From a virus (lineage: Duplodnaviria > Heunggongvirae > Uroviricota > Caudoviricetes): a stretch of DNA of 53,605 bases. The notes beneath the pieces are model-generated. The model saw nothing but the letters and a program-made list of their open reading frames with translations, ran no database searches and was not told where the DNA came from. The DNA lies in the IMG/VR virus record IMGVR_UViG_3300032007_000013, one strand, 5' to 3'. Numbering within the stretch: position 1 is the first letter of the stretch; each line of letters starts with the position of its first letter. The position numbers and the translations under genes were made by a program. Of this stretch, positions 52,154 through 53,605 are shown one piece after another.

Positions 52154-52230
52154 GCGGGGTTAGCTCAGCTGGTTAGAGCACATGCCTTACAAGCATGGGG
52201 TCACTGGTTCAAGTCCAGTACTCCGCACCA
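52154..52230 (+). tRNA. tRNA-Val(TAC)
   Basis: CATGC-CTTACAA-GCATG, CCA. Confidence 0.95.
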
Positions 52231-52260
52231 TTAGTGAAGCGAAGTGCACTATAAGTATTA

Positions 52261-52321
52261 AAGACTCAAACAGCAATTTTTTTGGAATAGACTGCTAATC
52301 TATAATTCAAAAAGAGTCTTG
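52261..52321 (+). ncRNA. ACAGCAA clamp RNA 7, enclosing a lone Ser(GCT) anticodon stem-loop
   Basis: AAGACTC/GAGTCTT; ATAGA-CTGCTAA-TCTAT. Confidence 0.7.
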
Positions 52322-52409
52322 TGATTTAAATAAAAAGATTTTTTATTTGAAAATTTTAAAAAAATTTGATATAATATATGTATAAAAGTTAAGAAATAAA
52401 TAAATAAAT

Positions 52410-52486
52410 CGAGGCGTGGCCCAGTTTGGTAGGGCTCCTGATTTGGGATCAGGAAGTCGCAGGTTCAAATCCTGTCGCCTCGACCA
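52410..52486 (+). tRNA. tRNA-Pro(TGG)
   Basis: CCTGA-TTTGGGA-TCAGG, CCA. Confidence 0.95.
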
Positions 52487-52511
52487 TAAAAATTAAAAAA
52501 GGATTAATATA

Positions 52512-53237
52512 ATGGAAAAAATTAATACTTATGTTAGTTTAACAGATTTAGAAATTGAAAATTTATGGGAACAAATTTGTAATTTACATGAAATATATTT
52601 AAAAAAATTTAATATTATTTTACCTAAAAAAAATAGTAATAAAATGTATCAACTTATATATCTTTATTATTATCAAGGAAAAGCTATATCTAAAGAAGTA
52701 ATTTCTAAATTTGTCCAAGAACATAATCCAAAAGCTTCAGGTGATCAACAAGTTAGACATCTTTCAGCTCAACATGGTTATTATGTTTTAGGAAAAAATG
52801 GAATATATAAAAATGAATCAATGCCATTGGGATACTATTTATTAGTAAATTTAACTGAACCTGATCCTAATTGGAATAATAATCAAACAAAAAGAAATAT
52901 TATTTTAAGCACAGATGATTTTGATTTGTTAAAAATTAATTTTAATAATTGTTGCGCAACTTGTGGAGTTAAAGAAAATAGTATTCATCCTCGAACTGGG
53001 AAAAAAGTTATTTTACAAAAAGGTCATATTAATCCTAGTAAGCCATTAGAAATAGGAAATATTATTCCTCAATGTGAATATTGTAATCAAAATATTTATA
53101 AAAATGATTTTGTTTTCACTTCTTTTGGATATCCAGAAAGTATTTATAATCCTAAATATATTCTAAAAAGTGATGAAAATATTCAAAGAGAAATGTATAA
53201 TATTCTAAAAGAGAAATTTAAGGAGAAAGAAAAATGA
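52512..53237 (+). CDS. Probable HNH-type (beta-beta-alpha) restriction endonuclease
   Basis: CATCG...LQKGHINP...GNIIPQCEYCN; translationally coupled (ATGA) to a methyltransferase. Confidence 0.6.
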   Translation: MEKINTYVSLTDLEIENLWEQICNLHEIYLKKFNIILPKKNSNKMYQLIYLYYYQGKAISKEVISKFVQEHNPKASGDQQVRHLSAQHGYYVLGKNGIYKNESMPLGYYLLVNLTEPDPNWNNNQTKRNIILSTDDFDLLKINFNNCCATCGVKENSIHPRTGKKVILQKGHINPSKPLEIGNIIPQCEYCNQNIYKNDFVFTSFGYPESIYNPKYILKSDENIQREMYNILKEKFKEKEK

Positions 53238-53605
53238 TTTAGCAATTAATTCAAGGAGAAGCCTTAGAAGAATTAAAAAAATTAGATGCTAATTCTGTTG
53301 ATTTAGTTTTAATTGATCCTCCATATTTCATTGATAAAATGGATGATAATTGGGATAGTGAAAAAATTAAAAAATCTATATAGTAGGCTGGAATAATTGG
53401 TGGACTTCCAGTAGGTATGAAGTTTGATCCTAAACAAGGAATAAATTTAGAAAAATTTATAAATATTATTAGTAAAGAAATTTATAGAATTTTAAAACCA
53501 GGAGGATTTTTTCTTTGTTTTTCTCAAGCTCGTTTAAGTCATCGTATGGGAGTAGGTATTGAAAATGCTGGATTTGAAATACGAGATATGTTATATTGGA
53601 AACGA
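53234..53605 (+). CDS. N6-adenine/N4-cytosine DNA methyltransferase, truncated by the window end (code 15; 3 TAG)
   Basis: LIQGEALEELKKL..NSVDLVLIDPPY; RILKPGG. Confidence 0.88.

Noticed and set aside
3921-52486. Amber suppressor tRNA (CTA) or tmRNA
   Set aside because: No anticodon loop reads CTA in register (the CTA in the Cys-like loop is at positions 32-34), and no tmRNA 5'/3' ends were found.

Overview
A segment of a large, AT-rich phage genome, probably infecting a Firmicute (sigma-A promoters, AGGAG RBSs). No capsid or terminase genes lie in the window, so phage identity is inferred. From about 13.6 kb onward many genes carry in-frame TAG codons at positions where homologous motifs have Gln (YIG*S, C*CDCG, EYDGE*H, LIG*KFG), so TAG is read as Gln (genetic code 15) and the supplied ORF track fragments these genes. 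Layout: (1) 1-10.8 kb is a GC-richer, TAG-free 'early' cassette region in which units are bounded by terminator + GCCCGGGC + strong tandem promoters. (2) 10.8-14.2 kb is a mostly non-coding junction with an AT-rich tract, a 12-copy palindromic iteron-like array and a minus-strand wHTH gene, a candidate replication origin. (3) 14.6-30.3 kb holds many small hypothetical genes, an endonuclease and an FNT channel. (4) 30.3-53.6 kb is an RNA-rich island with most of the window's ~39 tRNA or tRNA-like genes, four homing-type endonucleases, radical SAM, CYTH and AAA+ genes, and an R-M pair at the end. The most striking observations are a 76-nt tRNA nested in the anticodon loop of another tRNA, a seven-member family of stem-clamped ACAGCAA RNAs carrying tRNA pieces, circularly permuted (YrlA-like) tRNA mimics, a 23S rRNA L11-binding-domain mimic with a 220-nt insert, and two ~600-nt GOLLD/ROOL-type RNA candidates. 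All structures were read by eye; no covariance-model or database search was run.
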